DNA of 64,000 nt from Octopus sinensis (Eukaryota), in NCBI RefSeq assembly GCF_006345805.1, contig NC_043006.1:25606001-25670000 (forward strand), in the 5' to 3' direction. How positions within the stretch are numbered: the stretch's first letter is position 1; every line of letters starts with the position of its first letter. The position numbers and the translations under genes were made by a program. This document shows, piece after piece, positions 12,151-26,010 of the stretch. The notes under the pieces were generated by a model. It was given only the letters and a program-made list of their open reading frames with translations. It had not been told where the DNA came from and did not search any database.

Positions 12151-14104
12151 TGTGTTATATTATGTTCACCATCCGTCCGTGGCCGTTTGCCAGCCCCGTC
12201 TGGCACCTGTGCCGGTGGCATGTAAAAAGCACCCACTACACTCACGGAGTGGTTGGCATTAGGAAGGGCATCCAGCCGTAGAAACATTGCCAGATCAGAC
12301 TGGGCCTGGTGCAGCCTTCTGGCTTCCCAGATGAACCGTCCAATCCATGCTAGCATGGAAAGCGGACGCTAAATGATGATATTATAGTATAATATAATAT
12401 AAATTAATATTGATAAATAAATCTTTTATATATATATATGTATAATTTTGAATTTATATGTATGTTTATATATTATTATTTTAGTAAATTAATTATGATG
12501 TTTTGTTTATTAATGATATTTTATTAAATGATATATCTTTGATTTATTGCAAATTCTATTATATCGAATATATTGTTTAATAAAAAAAAAAAAAAAAAAG
12601 ATTGGAGCCAGGTATAGACTATGTAAGAGAGCTGTGGCAGGCTTGTGTTATTTTAGTTTAAATGAATGTTGGCAGTACAGTAACAAAGTTGTAAAAGGAA
12701 AAGCTTTCCATACAGACATCAATTATGTCACATTTTGCATATAATTTATTTCTATTTGTATACAGAAAAGATAGACGAAAAATCAATAATTAAAATATAT
12801 AAACATGGTTTGGACAATTAACCCATTTGTTACCATATTTATTTTGAGATGCTCTGTTTCTTTCAGTTAATTTTAAATATAACAAAGAATTTAGTAAAAT
12901 AACTTAGTTATCAATTAAGCTAGTGTTAGGAACATAAATTGTGACTAAGGTTTGGTGGAAGATTTTAATTCAAAACTTATGAAAACAAGACATTTGTACT
13001 AGAGCCGGTTTTGGCTGGGTTGCTAACGAAAGGGTTAAGTATTATATACTTAGGAATATAGTTTCACCTAAGTTGCTAACAAGATCTAGAAATCTTTTAT
13101 TCTTACAATATGCTTTGGATTTTTCTTCCCATAGAATTAAACCCCTAAGTTGCAGTTAACACTTTAGAATACCTAAATATATTCCTTGCAAGGTGGCGAC
13201 CGGCAGAACCATTAGCACGCTGGGCAAAATGCTTTCATCCTTTCGGGGTTGATAAAATAAGTACCAGTTGAACACTGGGTTGATGAAGTTGACTTATCCC
13301 TCATCCCCTCTCTGAAATTGTTGGCCTTGTGCCAAAATATAAAACAAATATATTCCTTACAGTACTGTTTTTATACTTAGGATGATACACCTTCAACTAT
13401 TGTAATATTACACCCTTGTCAGGAAATCACCAACTACTTAATAAACTTTATTTTATTGAAACTTGTTATATTATCTGATCTCTTTGATGCACACAAAATA
13501 TATTGCATGGCCAGCTTTTTACATTCCGAACTAGTAAGTGCTCTGCTCTGTTTTAATCTTTGGCATTTCATCAAAACATAGCAGTGATGGAATGCCTAAC
13601 TGTTTCAAAATCAAGAGAAGACAGAACTTAAGATGCTGATATTACAATAAAAATATTTGGATTGCTTCATCATAACAGTTGGTGCTAGGAAGGATATTCG
13701 CTGCTATATTCTTTGTTGCATCTCCTGTACAATGTACAGGATTGATTATATTGACAAATATTAAAGTGTCTATCACAATATTGAGCTGGCAGAATCGTTA
13801 GCACGCTGGGCGAAATGCGTAGCCGTATTTCCTCTGCCACTACGTTCTGAGTTCAAATTCTGCTGAGGTCGACTTTACCTTTCCTTTCGGGGTCGATAAA
13901 TTAAGCACCAGTTACGCACTGGGGTCAATGTAATCCACTCAATCCATTTGTCTCTCCCTTCTATGTTTAGCCCCTTGTGGGTAATAAAGAAATACACAAT
14001 ATTGAAAAAGAGGACCTTGAAATGATAATGAGGTTGATAACAGCATTGGTACTGCTGAAAATGTTTTATATGCTGATATGTGTTTATGAATTTGTATTTT
14101 GCAG

Positions 14105-14589
14105 ATGACCATGAAACTGATATAGAGCAAGATTTGGCTGAAGGTCTTGGAGAAGAGATGCCCTCATTTGATGACCACACTGATGATGAATTGCTAGATA
14201 ACAAATCATCAGATGTAATTCAGTTTGTGCCAACACACTTTGATTCTGATTCTGATGATGGAGAATTTGGTTTAGATACAAGAACTGGTGGTACATCACA
14301 AAAAGATAATAGTGTAGACATTGAACGGGATATTGCAGAAAATATTGTAGCACAAGCAATGGGATCCATGATGAAAATGGCTTTAAAGGGTCTCTCAAAT
14401 CCTGAGGCACTTGGTCCAGATCAGCAAATGTCAGATGAAGAGAATGAACTACATGAGTATGAAACTGCAACAGTTAAACGAAGAAGGAAAGTTCGACCAA
14501 CAGCTACACAAGATTATACAGAACATAGTGACACAGAGTTGGCTGATGACTTTGAGTTCCTTGATTCAACAGAGCTTGATGACCACTGA
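14105..14589 (+). CDS. RETREG: RETREG/FAM134 terminal coding exon with C-terminal LIR motif
   Basis: Acceptor ttgtattttgcag|. A 160-codon acidic open frame ending ...ELADDFEFLDSTELDDH*, matching the FAM134 LIR DDFELLD. The four exons sum to 909 nt (303 codons) with no internal stop. Confidence 0.9.
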
Positions 14590-16739
14590 CAAATATTATA
14601 AACAAATGCCACAACAATTTAAATTACAACACCCAGATGACAGCATCTTGTGATAAATTTCATGCTTTGTTGATATGTATTTAAACCATGTATATACATA
14701 TATATATTAACATGTTGTGTGTATATATACACATGCACCTAAAACCATGTATATATGTACATGTATGTATAGTTGTGAATATATATTTTTGCGTATGTGC
14801 ATGTACAGGTGTGTATTCTCATACATGTTAAACAAAATGAAAGAAAATTTGCTTTTCCAATTACCAAATGGTGACTATTTTTTAAAAGCAGCTATCAAAT
14901 TCACCTGGGAAAAAAATCCCCATTTATTTTTAATGTAAGATATGAACTTTTCCCTGTTGTACATGATAATACCTTTTCTTAATGTTTTTCAAATAATTTC
15001 AAGTTGGGCATTTTCACTTAAAATAATTTTTTAAAATTGTAAATAGATTTTTAAAATGAACTTTATTATTAATGAAAATATGCAATGTATATTTAAGTTT
15101 GAAATTTATAAGGAAAGGACTCGTCTTCAATTCAGATTTCACTCTGAGTGAACCTTTTTGGAAGATTGTGAAGTGTTATTCAGCATCAAAACCTAATAAC
15201 ACTAGTGAGGAAATTATAATTTAAATCCTATTCCTATTGTCATTGGACTGGCATAAAATTCAAGCATCTACCTTTGGAGTGAAATCTCAGTTTGTTAGGA
15301 CCTTGTTATTGAAGTTGATTACATAGCCAAAATAAAACAGCTGTCAGTCCTGAACTTTTAATTTTAATATCCCTGGCACAATAGCTTTTGGAATAATAAT
15401 TTTATTGTAAGAAAGGTGATAACCAGTGTTAGTCACTCACTCTTATGCATTGTTGCTGATCCTATTTTGTAAGATGTTTCTCCAAATTGTGAAGATTTTG
15501 TTATCCTTTCTGGAGATTTAAAAGTACTAACACTAATCTTCTCTCCATTCGGTTTATTTTTAACTTCATAAACAATATATATATATGTTTGTGAGAAGAT
15601 GGGTAAGCACATGAAAGAAATGAGAAAGCTAGTATCTTAATATGGCCTTGTGTAACCTCTCAGAAAAGTTAAATAATTATCATGGTAGTATTTGCCAATA
15701 GTTCAAAATACTTTCTAAAGTTAGATTTAATAACTTTTTGAATGTAATTTCTATAAATAAAATGTAAAGTTTCTGCTGTAAGACAAATATAGACATTTCT
15801 CTAACATACTTGCCATAGCCAACTATCTCTATACATGTCTATGTATCAACATATAAGCTTCCTTATTCACCTTACCATTGAGCTATTTAAATTTCATCTC
15901 CCAAAAATTATTTCAATCTACATTAGGTTTATTTTCTATAAACAAAATTACTTGGCCATGGTTTCAAGCCATTTTTGTAGAAAATGCATTTGTTTTGTCA
16001 ATTAAAATAAGGATAAGGCAGATATATACATACTCTTTGTACTGTTTTGGGAAATAATTGTTTACTATTTCAGACTTAGTCAACCATCTTATGAATTTAA
16101 AAAGGCCTTATTAGATGAATTTATGTAGAAGATAGCACTTTAATTATCTACTGTTGATTAACAAAACGTATTGTGATACCTTTGCAAAGAAAAATAAATA
16201 AATAAAAAAAATGACTTGATTTCTCTCCCTTGTTTCCAATGATTTTCTTTTAAAAAAAATCATTCGTTCGGAGAGCTCACTCCAACATGGCATTTAAATC
16301 TTTCATGGTCAAAAATTGTCAGTAATTTGTTTTTTATGTTTACAAACATGCAACAACGTTTACATGTTCTCTTTGCATCTTACTCCAACTAGTTTTAACA
16401 GTTCCAACACCAGATAAATAAGTTGATGTTATTCCTTTCAGTCGAAAAAGGGCTGCAAATTACTTTTATCCTCCAAATATATACTGCTCAATCTGAGGAA
16501 TCAATAATTACTGTGAGAGAGAGAGAGAGCAAGGATTTGAACTGTTTAAAGCCTTTTGTTACCTTATTTATTTTAAGATGCTCTGTTTCTTTCAATTACT
16601 TTAGCAGCTTTTTGTGATGCTTGCTAGCCACCACTTTTGCACCCTCTCCTATGCTAGTATGGGTTGGACAACACTCATTGAGACAGTATTCTAAAGCTGG
16701 ATGCCCTTCCTGTTATCAGCTCTCATTTCCCAAATCTTA

Positions 16740-17060
16740 AGCATGATGGCCTATTCAATTGGATGTTTTTAGAGCCATAAAAACTAGACACTTGAGAAAT
16801 CAATTTTCTCAAATACCCCAGAGGCTCTTTAGAGGTAGTGGATAATTTCTGCTACTTAGGGGACCAAATTAGTAGTAGAGGAGGATGTACATTGAGTAAT
16901 AGCTAGAATAAGAATAGGATCGAGAAAATTCAGCACTTTCACCTCAATTGGCAACCAAATGTTTCTTGGAGTGAGAGAAAGATTATATGATGCATGTATA
17001 GAAACAGCTATTCTAGGACCGAGGCATCTGGTGCCTTGCTGTACTCAAGAAAACCCATCC
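16740..17060 (+). mobile_element. RTE-like LINE RT fragment
   Basis: Peptide GSLEVVDNFCYLGDQISSRGGC...IYDACIETAILG resembles the RTE/BovB RT C-terminus. Confidence 0.6.
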
Positions 17061-17199
17061 TCCACAGAAATGTTAAGGCCACATCTGGTGAAGAGGATTA
17101 GTCTGCACGAGTCGTGTGCTGGTGCGATATAAATGGTTCACTGCATCCCAAGTCAGCTGGAAAGATACTGGAGTTAAGATGGAGTACCCCTCATAAAAT

Positions 17200-17470
17200 A
17201 CATGCCAAAGGGTTACACCAGCAATGCAGAATACGTCTATGTGTGGATGAACTGTGTAAAGCTTTATAGCAGAGATGCTATCGTATCCCGCAGGACAATG
17301 CATCAACAAATGAAACTATGGAGAATATGACAGGATTTGAATTGGTAGACCACTCACCTTACACTCCTGACGTGGCCCCCTCCAACTATCACTGCTTTCA
17401 ACAACTGAAGAAACATCTCAAAGGAACGAAATTTCACACCAATTTGGAAGTGATTGTTGCTAGAGACCCA
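17200..17470 (+). mobile_element. mariner transposase fragment
   Basis: FELVDHSPYTPDVAPSNYHCFQQLKKHLKGTKF corresponds to the mariner HPPYSPDLAPSDYHLF motif. Confidence 0.7.
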
Positions 17471-18290
17471 ACCTTCCAAACTCTTAACGGGACTTATGAC
17501 ACGGCTGCCTATGCAGCAGCAGTGTGCACACCAGAGAAGCTTGTGTAGCATTGATCCATACAAAACATTTGCTATAGTTTCATGGCAGGAATGAACATGA
17601 AATCATACTGTTGCTTAACCCAAGTGGGTTTAGTTAATACAAGAATTCTGGAAACATCAGGTTCGAATAGGCGGCTTTCCACCATAACTGGTTTTGTAGT
17701 AACTTTCTCGAAGTTGGCAGCAAGATTTCTTTTAAATAAGGTACATTACCTCACTGCCCATACAGTGTCAATGACAACACAAATATAACCAATCAAAATG
17801 ATTTTGGACAGAGCAATTTAAGTATCTATCCAATATTATCACCAAATTCTAACTTTATATTGCCTATATCTCAGAAACCTAGTTTACTATTATACCAGAA
17901 AACTATGCTCTATTATTATTTCAGGAATCATGTAGACACGAGTAGGCTTGCTCCACAATTAAGAGATCCCAGTTTCTATTCCATTACTAACATTATGGGC
18001 ATGTATATTCAACTATAGCTTTACGTTAGTACACAGAAGACCACTTGACAGGTTGGACTTATAAATTCAAAGAGTAATCACATTGAGTTCATAGTAACTT
18101 CAAGAGCAGAGAACAAATAAGGACAATTCAATAATATCTATATGAATTTTCATATACAGGACACTTTTGCAAAGCTAAGATGAACTTTGCTGTACACAGA
18201 TATTTTCTTGCTTATTTTGGACTACTTAGTATTGTCCACACATGCTGGTTAAAGAAAATGAAACCCACCAAGTATATAATTTTTAAAATA

Positions 18291-18296
18291 TTTATT
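18291..18296 (-). terminator. Polyadenylation signal of RPL37A
   Basis: AATAAA on the - strand about 20 nt after the stop codon. Confidence 0.75.
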
Positions 18297-18316
18297 GATC
18301 AGGAAAACCATTAAGT

Positions 18317-18380
18317 TTAGGATTCCTTCATGTCCCGCAAACGTCTTATGGCACTACGAACTGTAACTGCAGCTGTTGTA
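18317..18380 (-). CDS. RPL37A: 60S ribosomal protein L37a (eL43), exon 4
   Basis: Acceptor gttatttcag|. Encodes (S)TTAAVTVRSAIRRLRDMKES*. Phase 2 in. Confidence 0.97.
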
Positions 18381-18917
18381 CTGAAATAACAAAAAAAATA
18401 ATGCTCTATAAATCTGACTTAACTTTCATAGTACTTGAATATATTTTACATTTTATAAAATTTAACTGACTGATTTATGGAGTGTAATACCTGAATATTT
18501 TAGAAGGATAAACACCTTAGCATCTATTTTTCAATTCATGCACGTGTCAGATGAAACAGTGGAAGTATAAATTCTAACACTTTGAAGGTAAGATTTTTAA
18601 ATGAAGAACTCTAGTTCTCTGACTTGTCTATAACCAATACAATGTCCCCTGCATTATAAACAGTAAGGGGTTAATGGACACAGTGTATGTGTGGCTAGAA
18701 TAGCAATCATCTGCCCCTTCATGGAGAAAGATTAAGATACATCACACAAAATGTCTACTTTTCAATGCTTGCATGGGTCAGATGAAACTTGGCAGGATGT
18801 TCTTCCTGTTGAGAATATTTATGGCTCGTAAGTTAATATTTCTTCCAACCCGTTGAGCACTAAGCAGCTCAGGTTGAAATTTGTGCATATATACACATAG
18901 CTGAGCCCATTCTTTAA

Positions 18918-20286
18918 CCCTTTCGATACTATATTTCTGACCAAAATACACCTCATGAGTTTCAATTAAATTCTAAAATAATCATGAATTTAGGCTTGTT
19001 TCATTAACTAACTAACTTTTTTACTTATCAACATATTAATGTGATATTTGGAACATAATTAAAGAAAGGGTTCTTAATCAATTCTATTGCATAACTTTTG
19101 TGTCAAAGTGACTTTAATTACAGGTAAATTGAGCAAAAGGTAAAAATATTAAAATTTTGTTTAAACATCACCATAGAAAATGAATCATCAGCTAATGCAA
19201 CAAAATTTTGATAAAGAAGAATTGAGCACATCACTAGATCATCAGTTGAATTTAATGCACAACAGGTGTACCAACCATAAAGGTGGAATAAACTGAAATA
19301 CTGGAATCCACCACAAGTTTGTCCGAACTAAAGAAATCGGTCAAAAAATAATATACGGCCCTGGTTATGGTTTGGAAGTGATAAATTCCAGACCACATCG
19401 TTCCCTAGGCCATGCTGACTAACATTATTTTCCCTGTATAAAAACTAAATCCACGCAGTACCCAGTATTTGCTTCAGAAATTTTCCGAAATTTGTACCCC
19501 CATTTTGTGTTTGTTTACATTCTGCCTAAGTTTGTTTCCACAGTGATCGCTTCAAACAATAACTTCCAGACCACATCGTACCCTAAGCCATGCTGACTAA
19601 CATTAGCTTCCCTGTATAAAAACTAAATCCACAGCAATACCCAGTATTTGCTTCACAAATTTTCCAAACTTTGATCCCCCATTTTGTGTTAGTTTACAAT
19701 CTGCGTAGATTTGTTTTCGAAGTGATCGCTTCAAACTAGCATACTGAAAAAATAAAAGTCTAATGGTTTCACTTCCTAAAAAAGGCAATAGATAAACATT
19801 ATCTCCTCAGAAAAATTGCTAATAAAACATTTAAAAAGTTCTTTTTACTTCATTCCGATGTAAAATCGTCTTTGCTGCTTTGTTTCTTCAGAATCACTGC
19901 TTTCATTTTCGGATAAAAAAATATCCTATTCATTATTTTGTACACCATGTGCTTTAGTACCTATTTCATTCTTTTTCTCAATATCTCCCTATTTTCCGTT
20001 GAAAAAGCTTTAAATTTGGAATCAATGTTTGATAACATGGAACTCATATGCATTTTCAAAGTTGAAGAAAAATCGATGCCGAAAAAAACCTCCCAAAATT
20101 CACTGAGTTGTGAGATATCACTTCAAGCAATGTCGGATACTATAAGCCAACTATTTACAAAGTGAAATCACGTTTTAACGAATGAACCAAATGGGTTCAA
20201 ATTTACATTTAAATAACAATAGGTTCTCTCGGCCGGGTTGGTATTATGAACCAAAAGATTTCTCAGCCAGGTTAGTAACGAAAGGG
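18918..20286. mobile_element. Non-autonomous piggyBac-type element (1369 bp) in RPL37A intron 3
   Basis: TTAA|CCCTTTCG...CGAAAGGG|TTAA; internal direct duplication of about 178 bp (19387-19557 and 19565-19737); no transposase ORF recognised. Confidence 0.75.
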
Positions 20287-20405
20287 TTAAAACCCTATTA
20301 AATATTTAGAAAACAACCCCCTTTGGCATTGGAATTTGAGAATATATACATGTTTTAAATTTACACCCCTCCAAGTAAAGAAAAAAAAAAGAGAAGAAAC
20401 CTTAC

Positions 20406-20488
20406 CTATAAGACCATGCACCTCCAGCTACAATTTTTCTACAAGATTTACAATTCCAGATACCAACAGCTTTCCTTTTCACAGCATC
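20406..20488 (-). CDS. RPL37A: RPL37A exon 3
   Basis: Acceptor ctttattag|, donor |gtaagg. Encodes DAVKRKAVGIWNCKSCRKIVAGGAWSY, containing the second CxxC of the zinc finger. 83 nt. Confidence 0.97.
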
Positions 20489-22505
20489 CTAATAAAGAGA
20501 AATCCAAAATGAATAAAAATGATTGACTAATGGACAAGGTTGAGCAAACAATTTTTTCTTGGGGGTGGGGGATTCCCTCAAATCCTGAAAACTTTCTTCA
20601 GTGAACTTGGTTTATGACAAACACAAGCTCCAACATTTCCTAATGCTTAAGTGGAATAGGTAGGATCTAACTTCTGCAAACACTAGCACAGACTTCACTT
20701 TTGTTCTTGTATCATTTCTCATATAGACACAACTGCTATGGGGACACCAAACCATTTGCTATCTGAACTGCCTGCAGTAATTAATATCCTCAATTACACT
20801 GGATTTCTAAACCTGCCATTTTTGTCAGTTCTGGCCACCAACTCAATAACTAGCCCCTTGTCCTTGAACCATATTAAAGCAATCACCACAAATACAAGCT
20901 CTTCCAATTAAAATGGTGAGCAAATCTAAAAAGCCAATTGTACCAGCTGCTTAATTTTGCCAAAAGCAATGCTTACCAAGCAAAGCCTTTGTCATATGCA
21001 ACACTCAAGCAAAATTGCTAGCCCATAGGTTCAACTCACCATTTGGTGTATTGTCTTGCCTGTACATCATTAATGTTAATAACTGACTACATGCATCTAT
21101 AAAACAAAATCTGTGCTCAATAACTTAAAGGTGCCATCCATCATCATTTTAACATCCACTTCATGTTCATGAGTTGGATGAAGTTTATTTAAGCAAGTTT
21201 TCTATGCCCAGATGTCCTTCCCGTTACTAACTCAAACTCATACCTGTTCCAAGGATGGTAATAACACCTAGCTTCCACCTACCAAATCCATTCACAGGCC
21301 ATGGTTAGCTTGGGGTTATAATAGAAGAATCTTGCCCAAGGTGCTATGCAGCAAGACTGAATTAAAAACTGAAACCATGTGGTTGACAAGCAAACTTTCA
21401 ACAACACAGCTATGTTACCTGTCTGCATTTATCCATACACAAACTAAATAATATTATTTCTGTAGATTTCAACATGCAGACATTCTAACTGAACACTAAC
21501 CAGAAAAGGAAAAAGTAATAGTGAGCAGCGTTCTCCAACAGAGAGAAGAGTAGATTGTTTGAACTGCAATGCTGCAGGGTAGTGAGATGTGGATTTTGAA
21601 TGCAGATTTGCAAAGGCCAGAAAGAAATGAATCAATCGTGTTCCAATAAATGTGCAATATCAGTGTGCATAAATACCACAGTACAACTGAACTGCAAGAA
21701 AAAATGATAAGGAAAATCAGATGTAGTGTGCAAGAGAGAACTTGGTATAGGTATGTAATGAAGGATGACTGCTACATAAAAAGATACTGTGGTAAAAGGT
21801 TAACCTGAAATGCAGAGCCAAAAGAGGTACTTAACTGGTCTCCTTTTCAAACAGCCCAGCTAGCCACTCTCTCAATACCACATCTATACAATAAAACCCA
21901 ACAAGCTCAATACTGACACATCATCATCATCATCATCGTTTAGCATCCGTTTTCCATGCTAGCATGGGTTGGACGGTTCTACTGGGGTCTGTGAAGCCAG
22001 AAGGCTTCATCAGGCCCAGTCAGATCTGGCAGTGTTTCTACGGCTGGATGCCCTTCCTAACGCCAACCACTCCGTGAGTGTAGTGGGTGCTTTTTATGTG
22101 CCACCCGCACACACATATTCACAAAGATGAAACATGTCACTCTTTATAATATATACTCAGCATTAAAAATATTCTATATACAAAACATTTTCTGACAAAT
22201 TCAGGCCCGCTTCATACCTTGATTAAAGGGACATTATGCAACCGCCCTTATATTCTAAGTATCACATAAGCCTGACTATTGTACTTTTCATATAATTTCG
22301 CTTCCCCATCACTTATGAAGCTTGCAAACTATATATGGCCACTGCTGCACACCACCCATCAACAGTGTACTGATCTATTCTTTGCAAGCCAAGTACTCAT
22401 TCTATCAGATACTTTTGCTGAACTGCTACAGTAAAGATGTAAACACACCAACATCGGTTGCAAAATGATGGTGTGTGTGGTGGTGACAATCACAGACATA
22501 CAAAT

Positions 22506-22545
<40 letters not shown>

Positions 22546-24129
22546 GCTGAGGCTATAGTAGAAAACACTTGCCCAAGGTGCTATGCAGGACCAACCATGT
22601 GGTTGGGAAGCAGTTTCAAAACCCTTTTGGTCCTTGCGCCATCAGCATCATTGTTTAATGTTCATTTCCCATGCTGGCATGGGTTGGATGGTTTAATTGA
22701 GGTCTGGAGAGCCAGTGGCTGCACCAGGTTCCAATCTGATCTGGCAATCTTTCTACAGCTTGATGCCCTTCCTAATGCTAACCACTCAGAATGTAGTGGG
22801 TGCTTTTTACGTGCCGGGGTTTTCCAACCCACACATTAAATAGGCTTTGAAGCAATCTCTCCACATGCTAGAAATAACAGCCAAACCTCCAACTAACTAC
22901 ATTGTAGCCACTCCTACACAAGTGTGCCCCCTCGACTTTTGTTTCCTCATAACTTTCAGAAAAATGAATATTTTAAAATAAAATTTTCTACATATGTTCT
23001 TCATATGGTGGGAATTCGGATTACATAGGCTTTGTTTTCTCTCGAGTATATGTTTAAACTTTCTATTGGAGTACTTCTTTTTGTCCAACTCGAGACTGAG
23101 ACCACCCTATACCCTTGGCAAAAACCAGCATTTCAAAATTTCAATTTTACCCCACCCAATTTCTTCAGATTTCATATGATTGATTGATTCTAGTTTCAGC
23201 TCACGAGCTGTGGCCATGCTGGGGCACCGCCATTATGCAAAACATGTAGAAAATGCTTTGGATTACTACGTTTGTGCTATTGGAATTTACAATTTTGCAA
23301 AACAATTTTATTGTGAGGAGAAGCATCTGTAGGGACTTTGAGGATTTTAACTGCATATTAACCAGTGGTCAAGAAGGTGTAATATAAGTTTGGACACTCA
23401 ATAAAAACAGGCTATCTTATATTGAACATTTTCAACTGATGAAAATATACTTAACAGGAAGGTAACATTAAATTCAAGTTCATAATAAAAAATATTTTGG
23501 TACACCTTGAGAAGGTAGTTATGCCTCTCCCACCACATGCACTGGTTCTATTTCACTTTTATCATTATTAGTTGAGTAATCATTTAACCGCTTGGTCAAT
23601 CAAACAATCAAGATGTTAACTAATTAAATGTTAGCTAACTAATACTAAATCCACCAGCACCTAATTTCCCACCATAATTCTTTTGAACCAGTAACTTCAA
23701 AATATATATTTTTTTATTTTGTAAAAAAAAATTCAGATTTCATCAATCAAGGTTTACACACTGATTGATCAAGTTAGACATGTTAAAAAGGAAAAAGTGT
23801 GAAGGGTGAGTTGAAATTGAAAAAATATTTTGCAAAATCATAAATTCCAATAGTACAAACATAGTAATAAAAAACATTTTCTATGTATTGTGCCCCACAG
23901 GAATTCTGAAAAACGTGAAACACGAAGAAATTGGCTGGGTAGAGGTAAAACTGAAATTTTAAAGTGCTAATTTTTTGCAAAGGTGGTGTTGAGTTGGACA
24001 AAAAGAGGTACCCAAATAGAAAGTTTGAACATTACTTGTTCAAATAGCTAAGCAATCTATATTTTGAACTCACACAAAAGTGTGATTCACATTTTTTGTA
24101 AATATCTTTTTATTTTGTAGAAGAACACA

Positions 24130-26010
24130 TTTTTTTAGAAAAGGAGGCATCAGTATCAGATTCTCCAAAGAAACGCTTTAACCTTTTGCAATTATACTGA
24201 ACATGCATCAACTTGGCAGTCCTCTACAGCTTTGGATGAAACATTGTAGGGACATGGCTGAGGACTTAAAGTATGCAGTTCAACAGGCAAACCCAGATAT
24301 CAATATTTAGTTCTCTGAAACAATTTTTAACCAAGCATGGATTGAAATTGAGGATTGAGTTTTGGCCATGGGAGGCAAAAATTTGCAAGAGTCTGGCTCT
24401 GGACTGCCAAATTAATGATTTAACTTCAAGAGACAAATTATGACATTACAGAGTTGGCTGCATATGTAAATGAACATGAACCAAAGCTTCTTCCAGAACA
24501 GCGTTATGTATATAAAATTATTTCGTCAGTGAGAGGAATTTTCTTTCTTGATGCTCCTGGTGGCACAGGTAAAACATTTGTAACAACATTGCTTAGGGCA
24601 ACAAAAAAGAATTGCAGTTGTTGTAGCATCATCCGGCATTGCTGACACTTCTCTCTGGACGATGAACAGCTCATTCTGCATTTAAATTACTGCGAAATCT
24701 CATCACAAATGAGTCCAAGGTCAAGTTCAACAGAAGTGTTGCACCAACGCCACCTGATCATTTGGGATGAATGCACTATGTCACATGGAGGTTCAATGGA
24801 AGCTCTTGATAAGACCTTACAAGACATAAGCAGTAAGAAATCTACGGGAGGAGTTACATTAGTTTTATCAGGAGACTTCAGACTGACATTACCAGTCATT
24901 CCAAGATGAACAAGACCTGATGAAATAAAAGCATGCATTAAGTCTTCACACCTGTGGAATAAAGTACTGAAATTCTCCTTCAATACTAACATGCGAGTCT
25001 TATTAGATGGGGATCAATGTGCAGAACAGTTTTCAACCTGGATCCTCCAATTAGGAAATGGGAAAGTACCCATTTGATGGGAATGGTGATATCAATTTGG
25101 CTCATATTACTACCATGGTGAATTTCCCCAGCTGAATTGAAGACCAGAGTATTTCTAGATCTAAGTAACAATTATTATTCACATAAATGGTTGTGTGACA
25201 GGGTAATTCTTGCTCGAAAGAATGAGACAATGGTCAATATAAAGACCTTCACCCGGGAACACGAATTTGAAGAAAGAAAGAAAAAAAAGAAGTGCACTGA
25301 CAACCCTGGCAGGATGGTGAAGGGACTTTTGGAAAATTCACAAGACACGATTTTTCTATCATAACTTTTGGGGAAATGGATATTGACTTTTTCTTTTACG
25401 GGATCCCACACTTTTGGTTATGGAGAAACCAATTTTAAAACATTTTTTTTCAAAATTTCAACCTACTCCCTCATTTTTTCTTGCGAAATACGTATACAAT
25501 CCCGAAGAAAAATTTTAAAATTTCAATTCTCAACAAGGAAAAACAAAAAACAAACTTCAAGCTAGAAATAAAAGCCAAATCTCTTGAACCATCTGGCACT
25601 TCTTCACAAGCTTTTTCTGAAGGCAAGAGTCCTAATAATGCTTCTAAGAAATTTAGATCCTCCTAAATTATGCAATGGTACAAGGTTGATTGTGAAGACA
25701 TTACCACAATGTGACAGAAGCTACCATCAACACTGAATGTGCTTCTAGGGAAAAGATTTTCATTCCAAGAATTCCAATCAAACCAACAGACATGCCATTT
25801 GAGTTCTAATGAATACAATTCCCAGTGTTTGCTTTGTCTCAAAATCAGACTTTGAAATCGACTGGCTTGCACTTAATTGACCTTTGCTTTTCTCATGGTC
25901 AACTGTATGTTGGTTGATCCAGGATCGGTAGTTTGCAAAACTTATTTGTCTATGTTCCAAACCAGAAAACAAAGAATGTTGTTTACCCAGAAGCTCTTAT
26001 GTAACATAAT
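24130..26010 (+). mobile_element. Helitron Rep/helicase (PIF1-like) relic inside RPL37A intron 2
   Basis: Peptides FFLDAPGGTGKTFV (Walker A) and LIIWDECTM...EALDKTLQDI...GGVTLVLSGDFRLTLPVIPR; many stops and frameshifts. Confidence 0.85.
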
